Of a stretch of 64,000 nucleotides of DNA, positions 31,540 to 41,424 are shown one piece after another. The notes beneath the pieces were generated by a model. The model had not been told where the DNA came from. It worked only from the letters and a program-made list of their open reading frames with translations, and made no database searches. The stretch spans positions 2,624,001-2,688,000 of the forward strand of contig OY970067.1 of assembly GCA_963705305.1 (NCBI GenBank), given 5' to 3'. The translations under genes were made by a program, and so were the position numbers. The stretch's first letter is position 1, and each line of letters begins with the position of its first letter. Origin of the DNA: an uncultured Methylomirabilota bacterium (GTDB taxonomy: Bacteria > Methylomirabilota > Methylomirabilia > Methylomirabilales > 2-02-FULL-66-22).

Positions 31540-34332
31540 TCAGGCGATGCCCTCGGCGATGGAGTGGACCAGGGCCTCCCGGATCGCCTCCATCCGTGCG
31601 GGCTCTTCCACTTTCCGGCCGTCGGTCTCGGTCACGTAGAAGACGTCCATGGCCTGATCCGCCTCGGTCGTGATCTTCGCCAGGGCGACGTCCAGATCGA
31701 GCTCCGACAGGGTGCTGGTGATGACATACAGCAGCCCCAGGCGGTCCTGGGCGCGGACGTCGATGACCGTGTACCTCTCGGAGACGACGTTGTCGAACTC
31801 GATTCGGGTGTGGATCTCGCCCCGCTGGGAGAAGGGCTTGGCCAGCAGGTCGCGCCGGTTGGCCTTGATGAGCTCCCGGACCCCCGTCTGGCCCTGAATG
31901 ACGCGGCGCAGGTCCTGGGTGAAGCGCTGCCAGGTCATTTCGTCGTCCGGAGCGGCCCTCCGGCCGTCCGTGACCTGGAAGGCGCGGATCATGACCCCAT
32001 CGGCCCGGCTGAACAGCTGTGCCGACAGGATGTTGATGCCGTGGGCAGTGAGAGTGCCCACGACATTGGCGAAGCGTCCCGGCGCCCCGGGGGCGCAGAC
32101 CAGCACCTCCGAGTAGCCGGCCATGGGAAAGGCCGACCAGCGCACCGCCGCAGGCTCTCCGCGCCGCACCCGCTCGATCAGCTGGAGGTGCTGCGCCACT
32201 TTGGCGCTGGAGGTGGTGAGCACGTAGCGGATGGGCATGAGGTCCAGGTGCTGTGTGACCAGATCGGCGCCAAACTCGGGGGCCAGCTCCGCCACCAGGG
32301 CCGCCCGCAGGTTCTGGGCCCGTCGATGCTCCTCCTCGCCCTCCGGGACGCCGCGCGTCAGGATGGTGTGAGTCCTGATGAACAGCTCCCACAGGAGCGT
32401 CCCCTTCCAGTCGGTCCAGATCTGCGGTCCCACGGCATTGATGTCCAGATAGGTGAGCAGGTAGAGCATGCGGAGCCACTCTTCGTTTCCCACCAGGCGG
32501 GCGAAGTCGATGATCAGCCGCTCGTCGTCCAGATCGCGGCGCTCCGCGATGTGGGTCATGGTGAGATGCTGCGCCACCAGGAACAGGGCGGCGGTGACGT
32601 CGCCCTCGGGGAGGCCCATGCGTGCTAACACCTCTTGGGCGAGGGCGACCCCCCGCTCGGTGTGGCCGTGCCCTTCCCCCTTGCCGATATCGTGGAGCAG
32701 GATGGCGAGCTTCAGGACCTCCGGCTTGCGGAGCTCGCCGGCGATCCGCTTGAACTCCTGCAGGCGCGGATCCTCCGCGTCGCGCAGCGCCTCCAGACCG
32801 TCGATCAGGACGAAGGTGTGCTCGTCCACCGTGTACCGATGGTAGTAGTCGAATTGCACGAGGCAGTTGATCCGGGCGAACTCCGGGATGTAGGCGGTGA
32901 GCACGCCGAGCTGGTGCATCTGGCGCAGCACCTCCGCCACCCCCCGCGGCCCCCGCAGGATGGCCAGGAAGAACCCGAGGACTCGATTCGACCGGCGGAA
33001 CGCGTCGTCGATCAGGTCCAGGTTGGCGCGGATGGCCGCCCGGGCGTCGGGGCTCAGCGTGTACCCCATCTCCAGCGCGTACCAGAAGATCTTGATCAGC
33101 CGGACCGGATCCTCGCGAAAGCTGTTCTGGTGGGAGGGGGGGATATGGATCTGGCGATTCAGCTCGGTAAAGTCATCGCCGATGTCCCGCGCCCGGAGCT
33201 TCTTCATCATGGCCTCCACGTGGGAGCCTGGCCAGACGGTGCAGTGCTCGATGAGGTGCTGCGAGAGCTGGTGGATCGCCCCCGCCCGCAGGAAGTACTG
33301 CTGCATGAACCGCTCGACCCCGTAGCTGGTCCCATCCTGAAATCCCAGGTTGGCCGCCACCGGCACCTGCACAGAGAGACTGAGGACGTCATTCTTCCCT
33401 CCCTGCAGGTAGTGGAGCTCGTTCCGGACGCGGAGCAGGAAATCCAGCGCCTGGAGGCACTGGGCCAGCTCTACGGGGGAGAGCAATCCCAGCGCCGGCA
33501 GGGCCCCCAGGTCGGACAGGCGGTGCCGGGCGCGCGCCACCCACAGGGCCACGTGAAAGTCCCGCAGCCCGCCCCACCCCTCCTTCACATTGGGCTCTTG
33601 GACGAAGACCGACCCGCCGAACTTGGCGTGGCGCTGGGCCTGCTCCTGGAGTTTTCGCTGAACGTACTGCTGGGCCCGACGCCCCTGGAGGGTCCGCCAC
33701 ATACGCGCCTGAAGGTCGGCAAAAACGGCCTGGTTGCCGACCAGGAACCGCCCCTCCAAAAGCGCGGTCCGGACCGTGATGTCGGTCTCCATCATCTGGA
33801 CGGTATCGCCGAGGGAGCGGCAGCTGTGGCCGACCGTGAATCCCAGGTCCCAGAGGAAGTAGAGCACCTGGTCCAGGATGGCGCTGACGTAGGCGTCGAC
33901 GCGCCGGGGATACAGGAACATCACGTCCACGTCGGAGGCGGGATTAAGCTCCCGACGCCCGTACCCCCCCAACGCGATCACCGCGCATCCTTCCGTCCGA
34001 TCGCGCACCGGCTCGGCCAGCCGCGCCTCGGCCAGCCGGAAGAGCTCGCAGATCACCGCATCCACCAGCTCGGCATGCAGCGCCACGACCTCGAGGCCGC
34101 CCGCGCCGGCGCGATGCATCCGCTCGAGCTCGGCCCGCTCGGCCGTGATGATCGATTTCACGATGGGCAGCAGGGCCCGGCGCAGCTCTTCCCCACTCCC
34201 GGCGGGGGCCTGCGCCTGCAGCAGCGCGCGGAACCGGCGCGCCACGTCGGTCTCGGCCCCGTACGTGATTCCCACCGGCACGGTGGCCCCCCAGCGGAAC
34301 AGGCGGGTCAGGGCACGCACGGGATCAGGCAT
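31540..34332 (-). CDS. glnD: [protein-PII] uridylyltransferase
   Basis: ALGGYGRRELNPASDVD, EPNVKEGWGGLRD, HRYTVDEHT, LLHDIGKG, C-terminal ACT domains (DRLGLLY, DVFYV). Confidence 0.95.
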   Translation of the reverse strand: MPDPVRALTRLFRWGATVPVGITYGAETDVARRFRALLQAQAPAGSGEELRRALLPIVKSIITAERAELERMHRAGAGGLEVVALHAELVDAVICELFRLAEARLAEPVRDRTEGCAVIALGGYGRRELNPASDVDVMFLYPRRVDAYVSAILDQVLYFLWDLGFTVGHSCRSLGDTVQMMETDITVRTALLEGRFLVGNQAVFADLQARMWRTLQGRRAQQYVQRKLQEQAQRHAKFGGSVFVQEPNVKEGWGGLRDFHVALWVARARHRLSDLGALPALGLLSPVELAQCLQALDFLLRVRNELHYLQGGKNDVLSLSVQVPVAANLGFQDGTSYGVERFMQQYFLRAGAIHQLSQHLIEHCTVWPGSHVEAMMKKLRARDIGDDFTELNRQIHIPPSHQNSFREDPVRLIKIFWYALEMGYTLSPDARAAIRANLDLIDDAFRRSNRVLGFFLAILRGPRGVAEVLRQMHQLGVLTAYIPEFARINCLVQFDYYHRYTVDEHTFVLIDGLEALRDAEDPRLQEFKRIAGELRKPEVLKLAILLHDIGKGEGHGHTERGVALAQEVLARMGLPEGDVTAALFLVAQHLTMTHIAERRDLDDERLIIDFARLVGNEEWLRMLYLLTYLDINAVGPQIWTDWKGTLLWELFIRTHTILTRGVPEGEEEHRRAQNLRAALVAELAPEFGADLVTQHLDLMPIRYVLTTSSAKVAQHLQLIERVRRGEPAAVRWSAFPMAGYSEVLVCAPGAPGRFANVVGTLTAHGINILSAQLFSRADGVMIRAFQVTDGRRAAPDDEMTWQRFTQDLRRVIQGQTGVRELIKANRRDLLAKPFSQRGEIHTRIEFDNVVSERYTVIDVRAQDRLGLLYVITSTLSELDLDVALAKITTEADQAMDVFYVTETDGRKVEEPARMEAIREALVHSIAEGIA

Positions 34333-34458
34333 AGTGTGACTCCGTGCTCTGGAGCGATCCCTCCGGGGGGTTTGACGCGGCTCCAATCGCTGGGCGTTCC
34401 GCCCATTCCAGCCATGGCATTCTTGGCGCCTTGGCGGTGAGATATGTTCGGAACGGGG

Positions 34459-35214
34459 CTAGCTGCCGGCGCATACCGGGCAGGCCGGGTCGCGGCGGAG
34501 CTTCACCTCGAAAAAGTGCATCTCCAGAAAATCGCAGCAGAGCAGCCGGCCCGCGAGCACGCTCCCCGCCCCGCTGAGGTACTTGATGGCCTCCATCGCC
34601 TGCAGGCTTCCCGTGATTCCCGGCGTCGCTCCCAGCACGGGAAAAACCTCGCGGGGAGGCGCCTCCCGGAAGGTGCAGGCCAGGCACGGGGTGTGCGGGA
34701 CATGCACGAAGGTGACCCGCCCCTCGAATCCCCAGATGCTCCCATGCACGAGGGGGATCTGCTTGCGGACCGCCGCGGCGTTGAGGAGGAAGCGCGTGGG
34801 GAAATTGTCCATGCAGTCGAGGATCAGGTCGGCATCCCCGACCAGCCGGTCCACATTCCCCGCCTCGATCTTCTCCGTGACCGCCTCGATCGTCACGTGC
34901 GGGTTCAGCCGCGCCAGCGTCAGCTTGGCGGATTCCGCCTTGTTCATGCCGATCCGCGAATCGTCGTGCAAAAATTGCCGGTTCAAGTTGGAGCGTTCCG
35001 GCGCGTCGAAGTCGCAGATCCGGAGCGTGCCGACGCCCGCCATGGCCAGGTTGAAGGCGACCGGGCTGCCCAGCCCCCCCGCGCCAGCGATGAACACGCG
35101 GGAGGCCTTGAGCCGCTTCTGGGTGTCTTCCCCCCAGCGGGGGATCATCATTTGCCGGGTATAGCGCTGGCGCTCTTCTTCCGAGAGCTCTCCATCCGTC
35201 CGCTCGATCGTCAT
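34459..35214 (-). CDS. moeB: MoeB/ThiF/HesA family adenylyltransferase
   Basis: RYTRQ, GAGGLGS, SNLNRQ, DCMDNFPTR, CLAC and CPVC. Confidence 0.85.
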   Translation of the reverse strand: MTIERTDGELSEEERQRYTRQMMIPRWGEDTQKRLKASRVFIAGAGGLGSPVAFNLAMAGVGTLRICDFDAPERSNLNRQFLHDDSRIGMNKAESAKLTLARLNPHVTIEAVTEKIEAGNVDRLVGDADLILDCMDNFPTRFLLNAAAVRKQIPLVHGSIWGFEGRVTFVHVPHTPCLACTFREAPPREVFPVLGATPGITGSLQAMEAIKYLSGAGSVLAGRLLCCDFLEMHFFEVKLRRDPACPVCAGS

Positions 35215-35493
35215 AAGCCCCCCTCTCCTCCTCGGTGAATCGCCGGCACCGGGACCTTGCAGTGTCCGTCCTCCTCCGATCGGGGACCGCCCCGCAACCC
35301 GGTACGTCCGCGCCGCTCCCGGGCCGCGATCCTCCCGGGGCGTCGAGGACAGATTACCTTTAGCCCAAGGGCGGGGAGATGTCAACGCGCCGGAGGGGGA
35401 GGATGGGCGGGGAGCCAAGCCTCGACGGGCGCGGCCGGGGCATCCGGCCGCCCGGGGCCCGGGGAGAGGAGGCGGTCGAGGGCGCGCCCGCGA

Positions 35494-36933
35494 TCAGTGA
35501 CCCCGGTCGGCTCGGTGGGTGCCGTAGCCGACGCTGCTCCCCAGGCCCGTGGTTCCGACCAGGCCGAGCGCGTAGGCATTCTCGTCGTGCTGGCTCAGGT
35601 CCAGTCCCATGACCTCGTCCTCCTCCTCCACCCGCAGGCCGATGGTCCAGTCGACCAGCTTTAGCAGGATCAGCGTGCCGATGAAGGCGAAGATCCAGGT
35701 CACCAGGATGCTGATGGCCTGTGCGAGCAACTGGCCAGGATGGCCGAAGAAGAGGCCGTTCCGGCCGGCCTCGTTGATCGCCTGGCTGGCGAAAAGCCCC
35801 GTGGCCAGGGCGCCCCACGTCCCCCCGACCCCGTGGACCCCCACCACGTCCAGCGAGTCGTCGTAGCCCAGACGGGTCTTGACGTTGCACGCGTTGAAGC
35901 AGAGGTACCCGGCCACCGCGCCGATGATCACGGCGGAGATGGGTCCCACGAAGCCGGAGGCGGGCGTGATCGCCACCAGCCCCGCCACGGCCCCCGAGGC
36001 CGCCCCCAGCACGGTCGGCTTCCCTCGCATCAGCCACTCCGTTCCCATCCAGCTGAGGGTGGCGGCTGCGGTGGCGACGTGGGTGGCGACGAAGGCGCTG
36101 GTGGCCAGGGCGCCGGAGCTCAGGGCGCTGCCGGCGTTGAACCCAAACCAGCCCACCCACAGCATGGCCGCCCCGGTGACGGTCAGGGGAAGGTTATGGG
36201 GCGGCATGGGCTCGCTGCCGAAGCCGCGGCGGCGGCCCACCAGGAAGGCGGCGGCCAGCGCCGAGACGCCGGAGCTGATGTGCACCACGGTTCCGCCGGC
36301 GAAATCCAGCGCGCCCAATTGGCGCACCCATCCCCCCACCCCCCAGACCCAGTGCGCCAGCGGATCATAGATGCAGGTGGACCAGAGCAGCGTGAAGATG
36401 AGGAACGCGGAAAATTTCATCCGCTCGGCGAAGGCGCCGGTGATGAGGGCGGGCGTGATGATGGCGAACATGAGCTGGTAGATCATGAAGGTCTGATGGG
36501 GAATGGTGGCGGCGTACTCCGGATTCGGCTGCAGGCCCACCCCCCGCAGGCCGGCCCAAGCCAGGCTGCCGACGAGGCCGTGGACATCCGGGCCGAAGGC
36601 CAGGCTATAGCCCCAGAGGACCCATTGGACGCTGATGAGAGCCATGATGATGAAGCTCTGCATGATCGTTCCCAGGACGTTCTGCCGGCGGACCATGCCC
36701 CCGTAGAACAGCGCCAGTCCCGGGGCCGTCATCATCAGCACCAGCGCGGCGGAGGTCAACATCCAGGCGGTGTCGCCGCTGTCGATCTTGGGTGGGGGGA
36801 CAGGTGCCGCTACTGCCGGGACGGGCGAGATGGCGGCCGGGGACGCCGTCGACTGGGCCGCGCAGGGACCCGCCAGCCCCCACCCCACCGCCAGCAGCAC
36901 GAAGATTCCCAAGAGCCACGGGGCGCGACGCAT
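35494..36933 (-). CDS. amtB: Ammonium transporter
   Basis: DTAWML, PGLALFYGG, AHWVWG, DFAGGTVVH, GWFGFNAGS, DDSLDVVGVHG. Confidence 0.96.
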   Translation of the reverse strand: MRRAPWLLGIFVLLAVGWGLAGPCAAQSTASPAAISPVPAVAAPVPPPKIDSGDTAWMLTSAALVLMMTAPGLALFYGGMVRRQNVLGTIMQSFIIMALISVQWVLWGYSLAFGPDVHGLVGSLAWAGLRGVGLQPNPEYAATIPHQTFMIYQLMFAIITPALITGAFAERMKFSAFLIFTLLWSTCIYDPLAHWVWGVGGWVRQLGALDFAGGTVVHISSGVSALAAAFLVGRRRGFGSEPMPPHNLPLTVTGAAMLWVGWFGFNAGSALSSGALATSAFVATHVATAAATLSWMGTEWLMRGKPTVLGAASGAVAGLVAITPASGFVGPISAVIIGAVAGYLCFNACNVKTRLGYDDSLDVVGVHGVGGTWGALATGLFASQAINEAGRNGLFFGHPGQLLAQAISILVTWIFAFIGTLILLKLVDWTIGLRVEEEDEVMGLDLSQHDENAYALGLVGTTGLGSSVGYGTHRADRGH

Positions 36934-37025
36934 AGATTCCTCCTCGCCGGACGGCAGCCTTGGACGGCCTGGCCGGGGCGAGCGGATTTCGGCTCGCCCA
37001 TTCCGGCCACGCCTCCGTGGGGAGA

Positions 37026-37041
37026 AGCATCTGCCGTGCCT
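37026..37041 (-). promoter_or_regulatory. sigma54 promoter of amtB
   Basis: Minus-strand AGGCACGGCAGATGCT (GG-N10-GC). Confidence 0.7.
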
Positions 37042-37150
37042 GAATCCTGGCGGATCGAAAAATCGAAGTCCGGTGGCGCCAAGCCGTGGTTTTTTCAGGA
37101 TCACGCAGGAGAAGAGGGGGGAGCGGGGTCCTGCCGGCTGGCGCGAGGCG

Positions 37151-37198
37151 TGCCTTCTGCGGGGGCACCCCGGCTGGCGCGTGCCTAATCCGTGAGCG
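37151..37198. promoter_or_regulatory. Tandem NtrC-like enhancer sites
   Basis: TGCCTTCTGCGGGGGCA (37151) and TGCCTAATCCGTGAGCG (37182), TGC-N11-GC(A/G), 31 bp apart, 110-155 bp upstream of the sigma54 site. Confidence 0.55.
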
Positions 37199-37371
37199 GA
37201 ATATCGCAGGATTGATCGATTCTACCGGTGGCTCGACGGCCACGCGGGGTTCCCGTCGGTGGGTCCGCCGGTGAGAGCGCCCGATGCCCGGCGCCGCCGC
37301 CGGGGGGTGGGGAATTGCCCATCGGCCATTCGAGGCGGCGAATTCACGACCCCTGATGTGGACGATCCGGA

Positions 37372-37664
37372 CTAGAGGGGAGATCCCGCCGCCAGGACCG
37401 CGGGCGAGGGACCAGCATCCAGGTTTTGCCGAAGGGTGCGCCCGGGCGCCTTGCGCTCGGGGGACATGCGCCGCTCGACCCACTGGCTGAAGAGGGACAT
37501 GCCGTACGTGCAGATCCAGTACACCACCGCAATGAAGCTGTACATCTCGAAGGGGCGGATGTCACGCCGGGTGACGATCTGGGCGACCTTGGTGAGGTCC
37601 ACCATCCCGATGATGGAGGCGAGCGACGTGTCCATGAACAGCACGATGAACTGGGTCACCAGGG
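37372..37664 (-). pseudogene. Orphan 3' fragment of the amino acid ABC permease gene
   Basis: LVTQFIVLFMDTSLASIIGMVDLTK...MSPER matches the C-terminus of 39875..40609; no 5' part. Confidence 0.85.
37508..37664. repeat. 157-bp direct repeat, copy A
   Basis: Aligns ungapped to 39984..40140 with 5 mismatches by manual comparison. Confidence 0.92.
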
Positions 37665-37904
37665 CCGGACCGCACCTTGAGCAAAAGTCCAAACCCCCCG
37701 CGTACGCCAGTAGCAGGCAGGGCTTGAGCGACAGGACAACAGTTGCACGGACTCTGTTCACCCCGATCAACTAAGCCTGGAAAGTCAAAATAGAACTTTT
37801 TCACAGGCTCTCAGAAATGTCCACCCCCTTCCACCTGTCCTGGCGGAGTCCACGTTTCGGAATCTACCGGGATCGCAAGTATCCTCACCAGGAAAAACCG
37901 TTCC

Positions 37905-39164
37905 TTATGCCGTCTCGGGTGCTGCCATGGCATCCTCCGCAATACCTTCGCCTCCGAATCGATGGAGGAGCAGGGCAGCAGTGGTATTACCGAAAACATT
38001 AACCGTAGTGCGGCCCATATCCATGAAACGATCCACTCCCGCAACAATTGCGATAGCTTCCACTGGAAGGTGTATCGACGTCAGGATGACGGCCAATATA
38101 ACCAGTGAAGCCGCGGCTACATTCGCGGTGCCCTTGTTCGCAATCAGGGTGGTCAAAAGAATTGTGAGAATCGAGGCGAGATTAAGATGCAGACCGTAAG
38201 CTTCTGCCAGGAAGCATACGGTCAGAGATTGGTAAAGTGCCGAACCATCCAGATTGAAGCTATATCCCAAGGGTATAACGAACGATACCACCTTGTTGGG
38301 AATACCCGCATCTTCCAAAATCTGCATATGCACTGGAAGCGTTACTTCCGAGGAGCAGGTCGTAAAGGCCAGCAGCAGCGGATCGGCGACCTTCCTGATG
38401 GTTTTGAACGGGGGGTATCCGAGCAGGGATACGATGATACAGAAAGCGATTGCGACGACTACCAGCCCGATATACATGACCCCGATCAACTTGGCCATCG
38501 CATAGAGCAGCGCGCCACCTTGAGTGGCAAACACCCAGGCCATGATGCCGGCAACCGCCACGGGTGAATAGGCTACGATGCCTTCCGTTAGCTTGAACAT
38601 CGCTTGCATGATGCCTTCGAGTACCCTCACCACGGGCTCGGTTATCTTACCCGCTTTGCCCAAGGCCAGGCCGAAGCAAATGGCAAAAAACAGAGTTGGT
38701 ATGATTTGTTGCTGAGCGGCCGCCAGAACTATGTTATCCGGAACGATATCCAGCAAAAACTTTACCCAATCGATGGAGTGCGCAAGATTTGCTGGAATAG
38801 TGCCGGTCGCCTTAAGGGCGACTCCCGCTGCGGGATGGAATACCGCGTTTAGGCCTATGCCGAGAACAATGGAGCAACCCGTGGCAAAATAAAACCAGCC
38901 GAAGGCCAGTCCGGCCAGTCTTCCCAATGTCTTAAAGTCGGCGCTCATTTTATAAATACCCAAGGCAACGGCCGAAAATACCAAGGGTATTACGATCATC
39001 TTGATCGCTTTGATGAATACGGTTCCAAGCGGCTGTAAAGCTGCCCCCAGCTTCGGCCACAAGGCGCCAATCACGCAACCAAGGATCAGGCCGATGACGA
39101 TTTGGATCCACAATGGAAATCGATTGGATGCTGAGGTCCTCCCGGTTACGGTTTGCGTAGCCAC
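37905..39164 (-). CDS. Dicarboxylate/amino acid:cation symporter (DAACS, GltP/DctA family)
   Basis: FIKAIKMIVIPLVF, AFTTCSSE, PLGYSFNLDG, VDRFMDMGRT; visibly lower GC than flanks. Confidence 0.93.
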   Translation of the reverse strand: MATQTVTGRTSASNRFPLWIQIVIGLILGCVIGALWPKLGAALQPLGTVFIKAIKMIVIPLVFSAVALGIYKMSADFKTLGRLAGLAFGWFYFATGCSIVLGIGLNAVFHPAAGVALKATGTIPANLAHSIDWVKFLLDIVPDNIVLAAAQQQIIPTLFFAICFGLALGKAGKITEPVVRVLEGIMQAMFKLTEGIVAYSPVAVAGIMAWVFATQGGALLYAMAKLIGVMYIGLVVVAIAFCIIVSLLGYPPFKTIRKVADPLLLAFTTCSSEVTLPVHMQILEDAGIPNKVVSFVIPLGYSFNLDGSALYQSLTVCFLAEAYGLHLNLASILTILLTTLIANKGTANVAAASLVILAVILTSIHLPVEAIAIVAGVDRFMDMGRTTVNVFGNTTAALLLHRFGGEGIAEDAMAAPETA

Positions 39165-39874
39165 AAGCTGCCTCCTCTCGGTTTTTTGTTCTGTACTCCC
39201 GTAGCGAGTGCAACTGGCGCGCAGTGCAGGGACTCGACGAAGGGATCCAGTCCATCGGGGCTCCAGCGGATTGCGGGCACCGAAACCCCGGCGCAGGGAA
39301 GGCGGGAATTGTCAGGTGCCAAGATCGGTGGGGACAACCGGCGGGGCAGGCCAGAGCCCCACGCGCCTGGCTCGGCACGGAGCAAGGAGCCACGGATTAC
39401 GCCGCAACGCGCCATGGGGCATGCGATGCGACACCGGGGACCTCATCTGGCGGGCTATGGGATGGGGCGGGCCACAGTCGGAGGTGGGTCAGGATCTTCT
39501 CGATCAGGTGGTACCACATATTGAGAATAGAACCATAGGGAGACAGCGACTCCAGCAGCTATCAGCAAAAATACGGTATTCTTGATAAAGATAAAACCTT
39601 TGAAGCTTTTCTTCCACAAAAACAATGCTAAAATTTTCATCAATGCACTACGTAATTCCTAAAGGCTGATTCGTCCACACCATCGTAACTATTGTTACCT
39701 GTGCTCCATTTAGCGTCGCACTCTCTTTATACACACTTGTTGTTAGGGTATTGCACGTGGCAGGAGCATTTGGAGGTGAAGGGCCTGGTGGCTCTCCCCC
39801 AGGGTGCGCGTGGCTGGGGCGCCGCGGGGGAGGATGACGGGCGCCGCTCGCCCGCCTGAGGCCGCGCGACGCGG

Positions 39875-40609
39875 TCAGCCGGCCGCACCCTCGGCGGCCC
39901 GGCGTAGGGCGGCGCGAGAGCGGTGTGCTCGCTCCGGAGACATCTTGACCTCGAGCCATACGCTGGCAAGCGACAAGCTGTAGGTGCAGACCCAGTACAC
40001 CGCCGCAATGAAGCTGTACATCTCGAAGGGGCGGATGTCACGCTGGGTGACGATCTGGGCTGCCTTGGTGAGGTCCACCATCCCGATGATGGAGGCGAGC
40101 GACGTGTCCATGAACAGCACGATGAACTGGGTCACCAGGGATGGAACCATGTTCCGGATCGCTTGAGGCAGGATGACGTGAATCATCATCTGGGCGTAGG
40201 AGAGCCCCCCTGCGGTGGCCGCCTCGATCTGCCCCCGGGGCACCGACTGGATGCCGGCACGGACGATCTCCCCGAAGTACGCGGCCTCGAAGACCACGAA
40301 GGCCACCAGGGCCACGGAGTACTCGGGGAGGTGTTGGCCCGTGATCTGGGGAATCAGGAAGTAAAACCAGAAGATCACCATGATCAGGGGGACGCCCCGG
40401 AAAAACTCCACGTACACGACGGCGGGGTAATGGATCCAGGGCCTGCGGGAGAGCCGGCAGAGTCCAATCAGGATGCCCACGAGGAAGCCAAAGATCATGG
40501 CCGGGATTGCCAGGCGGAGGGTTCCGCCGCTGAAACGTCCGAACCCCAGGAGGCCCTGGAAGATGAGGAACTTCCAGTTGGCAGAAAGAATCCCCCAATC
40601 GAAGCTCAT
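39875..40609 (-). CDS. Amino acid ABC transporter permease (GltK-like)
   Basis: [30 protein letters not shown]. Confidence 0.93.
   Translation of the reverse strand: MSFDWGILSANWKFLIFQGLLGFGRFSGGTLRLAIPAMIFGFLVGILIGLCRLSRRPWIHYPAVVYVEFFRGVPLIMVIFWFYFLIPQITGQHLPEYSVALVAFVVFEAAYFGEIVRAGIQSVPRGQIEAATAGGLSYAQMMIHVILPQAIRNMVPSLVTQFIVLFMDTSLASIIGMVDLTKAAQIVTQRDIRPFEMYSFIAAVYWVCTYSLSLASVWLEVKMSPERAHRSRAALRRAAEGAAG
39984..40140. repeat. 157-bp direct repeat, copy B (inside the permease gene)
   Basis: Partner of 37508..37664, offset 2476 bp. Confidence 0.92.
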
Positions 40610-41355
40610 GGGGCGACCTTGGCAGCGCGGCCGATCATGCCGGGAATGCGGTAACGGCGCTCTACTTGGCCCATGACGGCGGCGATGCTCAGGCAGAGGA
40701 CCAGGTAGATGACCGTCCCTGCGGTCAACGCCTCGAAGGCCTTGGCGGTGTAAGTTTCGATCTGTCGGGTCATGAAGGTCAGCTCGGCCACCCCGATGGT
40801 CATGGCCAGGGAGGAGTTCTTGAGAAGATTCAGCGACTCGTTGGTCAGGGGAGGAATGATCAGGCGGAGCGCGATGGGGAGGAGAATCAGACGGTACGCC
40901 TGCCCGGTCGACAAGCCGGTGGCCACCGACGCCTCCAGGAGCGTCTTCGGGATGGACTGGATCCCGGCGCGGATCACCTCGGCCATGCGGGAGCCGTGGT
41001 ACACACTCAAACCGACCACCGCCGACCAGAACTCCGGGTGGTGGTGGTTGATCCAGTCCTGCGCCGCGGGCGGGAGGAGCCGCGGGGCGCCGAAATACCA
41101 GAAGAACAGCCAGACCAACAGCGGGACATTCCGGAAGAACTCGACATAGACCGATCCCACGATCCGGAGGGACTTGAACGGGGCGGTGCGCAGGGCACCG
41201 AAAAAGATTCCGAGGGCGAGCGTGATGATCCAGCTCAGGGCCGACAGGACGAGGGTTGTCTGGATGCCTTCAAGGATCCAGTGCCCATACTCCCCCGTCC
41301 ACAAGATGCTCCATTGGAACTGGTATGAAGAGCCGAAGAGGGTGGCCATGGGCAT
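40606..41355 (-). CDS. Amino acid ABC transporter permease (GltJ-like)
   Basis: YVEFFRNVPLLV, EVIRAGIQSIP, LLKNSSLA. Confidence 0.93.
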   Translation of the reverse strand: MPMATLFGSSYQFQWSILWTGEYGHWILEGIQTTLVLSALSWIITLALGIFFGALRTAPFKSLRIVGSVYVEFFRNVPLLVWLFFWYFGAPRLLPPAAQDWINHHHPEFWSAVVGLSVYHGSRMAEVIRAGIQSIPKTLLEASVATGLSTGQAYRLILLPIALRLIIPPLTNESLNLLKNSSLAMTIGVAELTFMTRQIETYTAKAFEALTAGTVIYLVLCLSIAAVMGQVERRYRIPGMIGRAAKVAP

Positions 41356-41372
41356 CGTCGGTGGCGCGCGGT

Positions 41373-41403
41373 CCCCGGGAGGCCTGCGGGAAGCCTCCCG
41401 GGG
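41373..41403. terminator. Stem-loop after the SBP gene
   Basis: CCCCGGGAGGC-N9-GCCTCCCGGGG. Confidence 0.45.
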
Positions 41404-41424
41404 GGGTGCGCACCGGGCTGCGGG

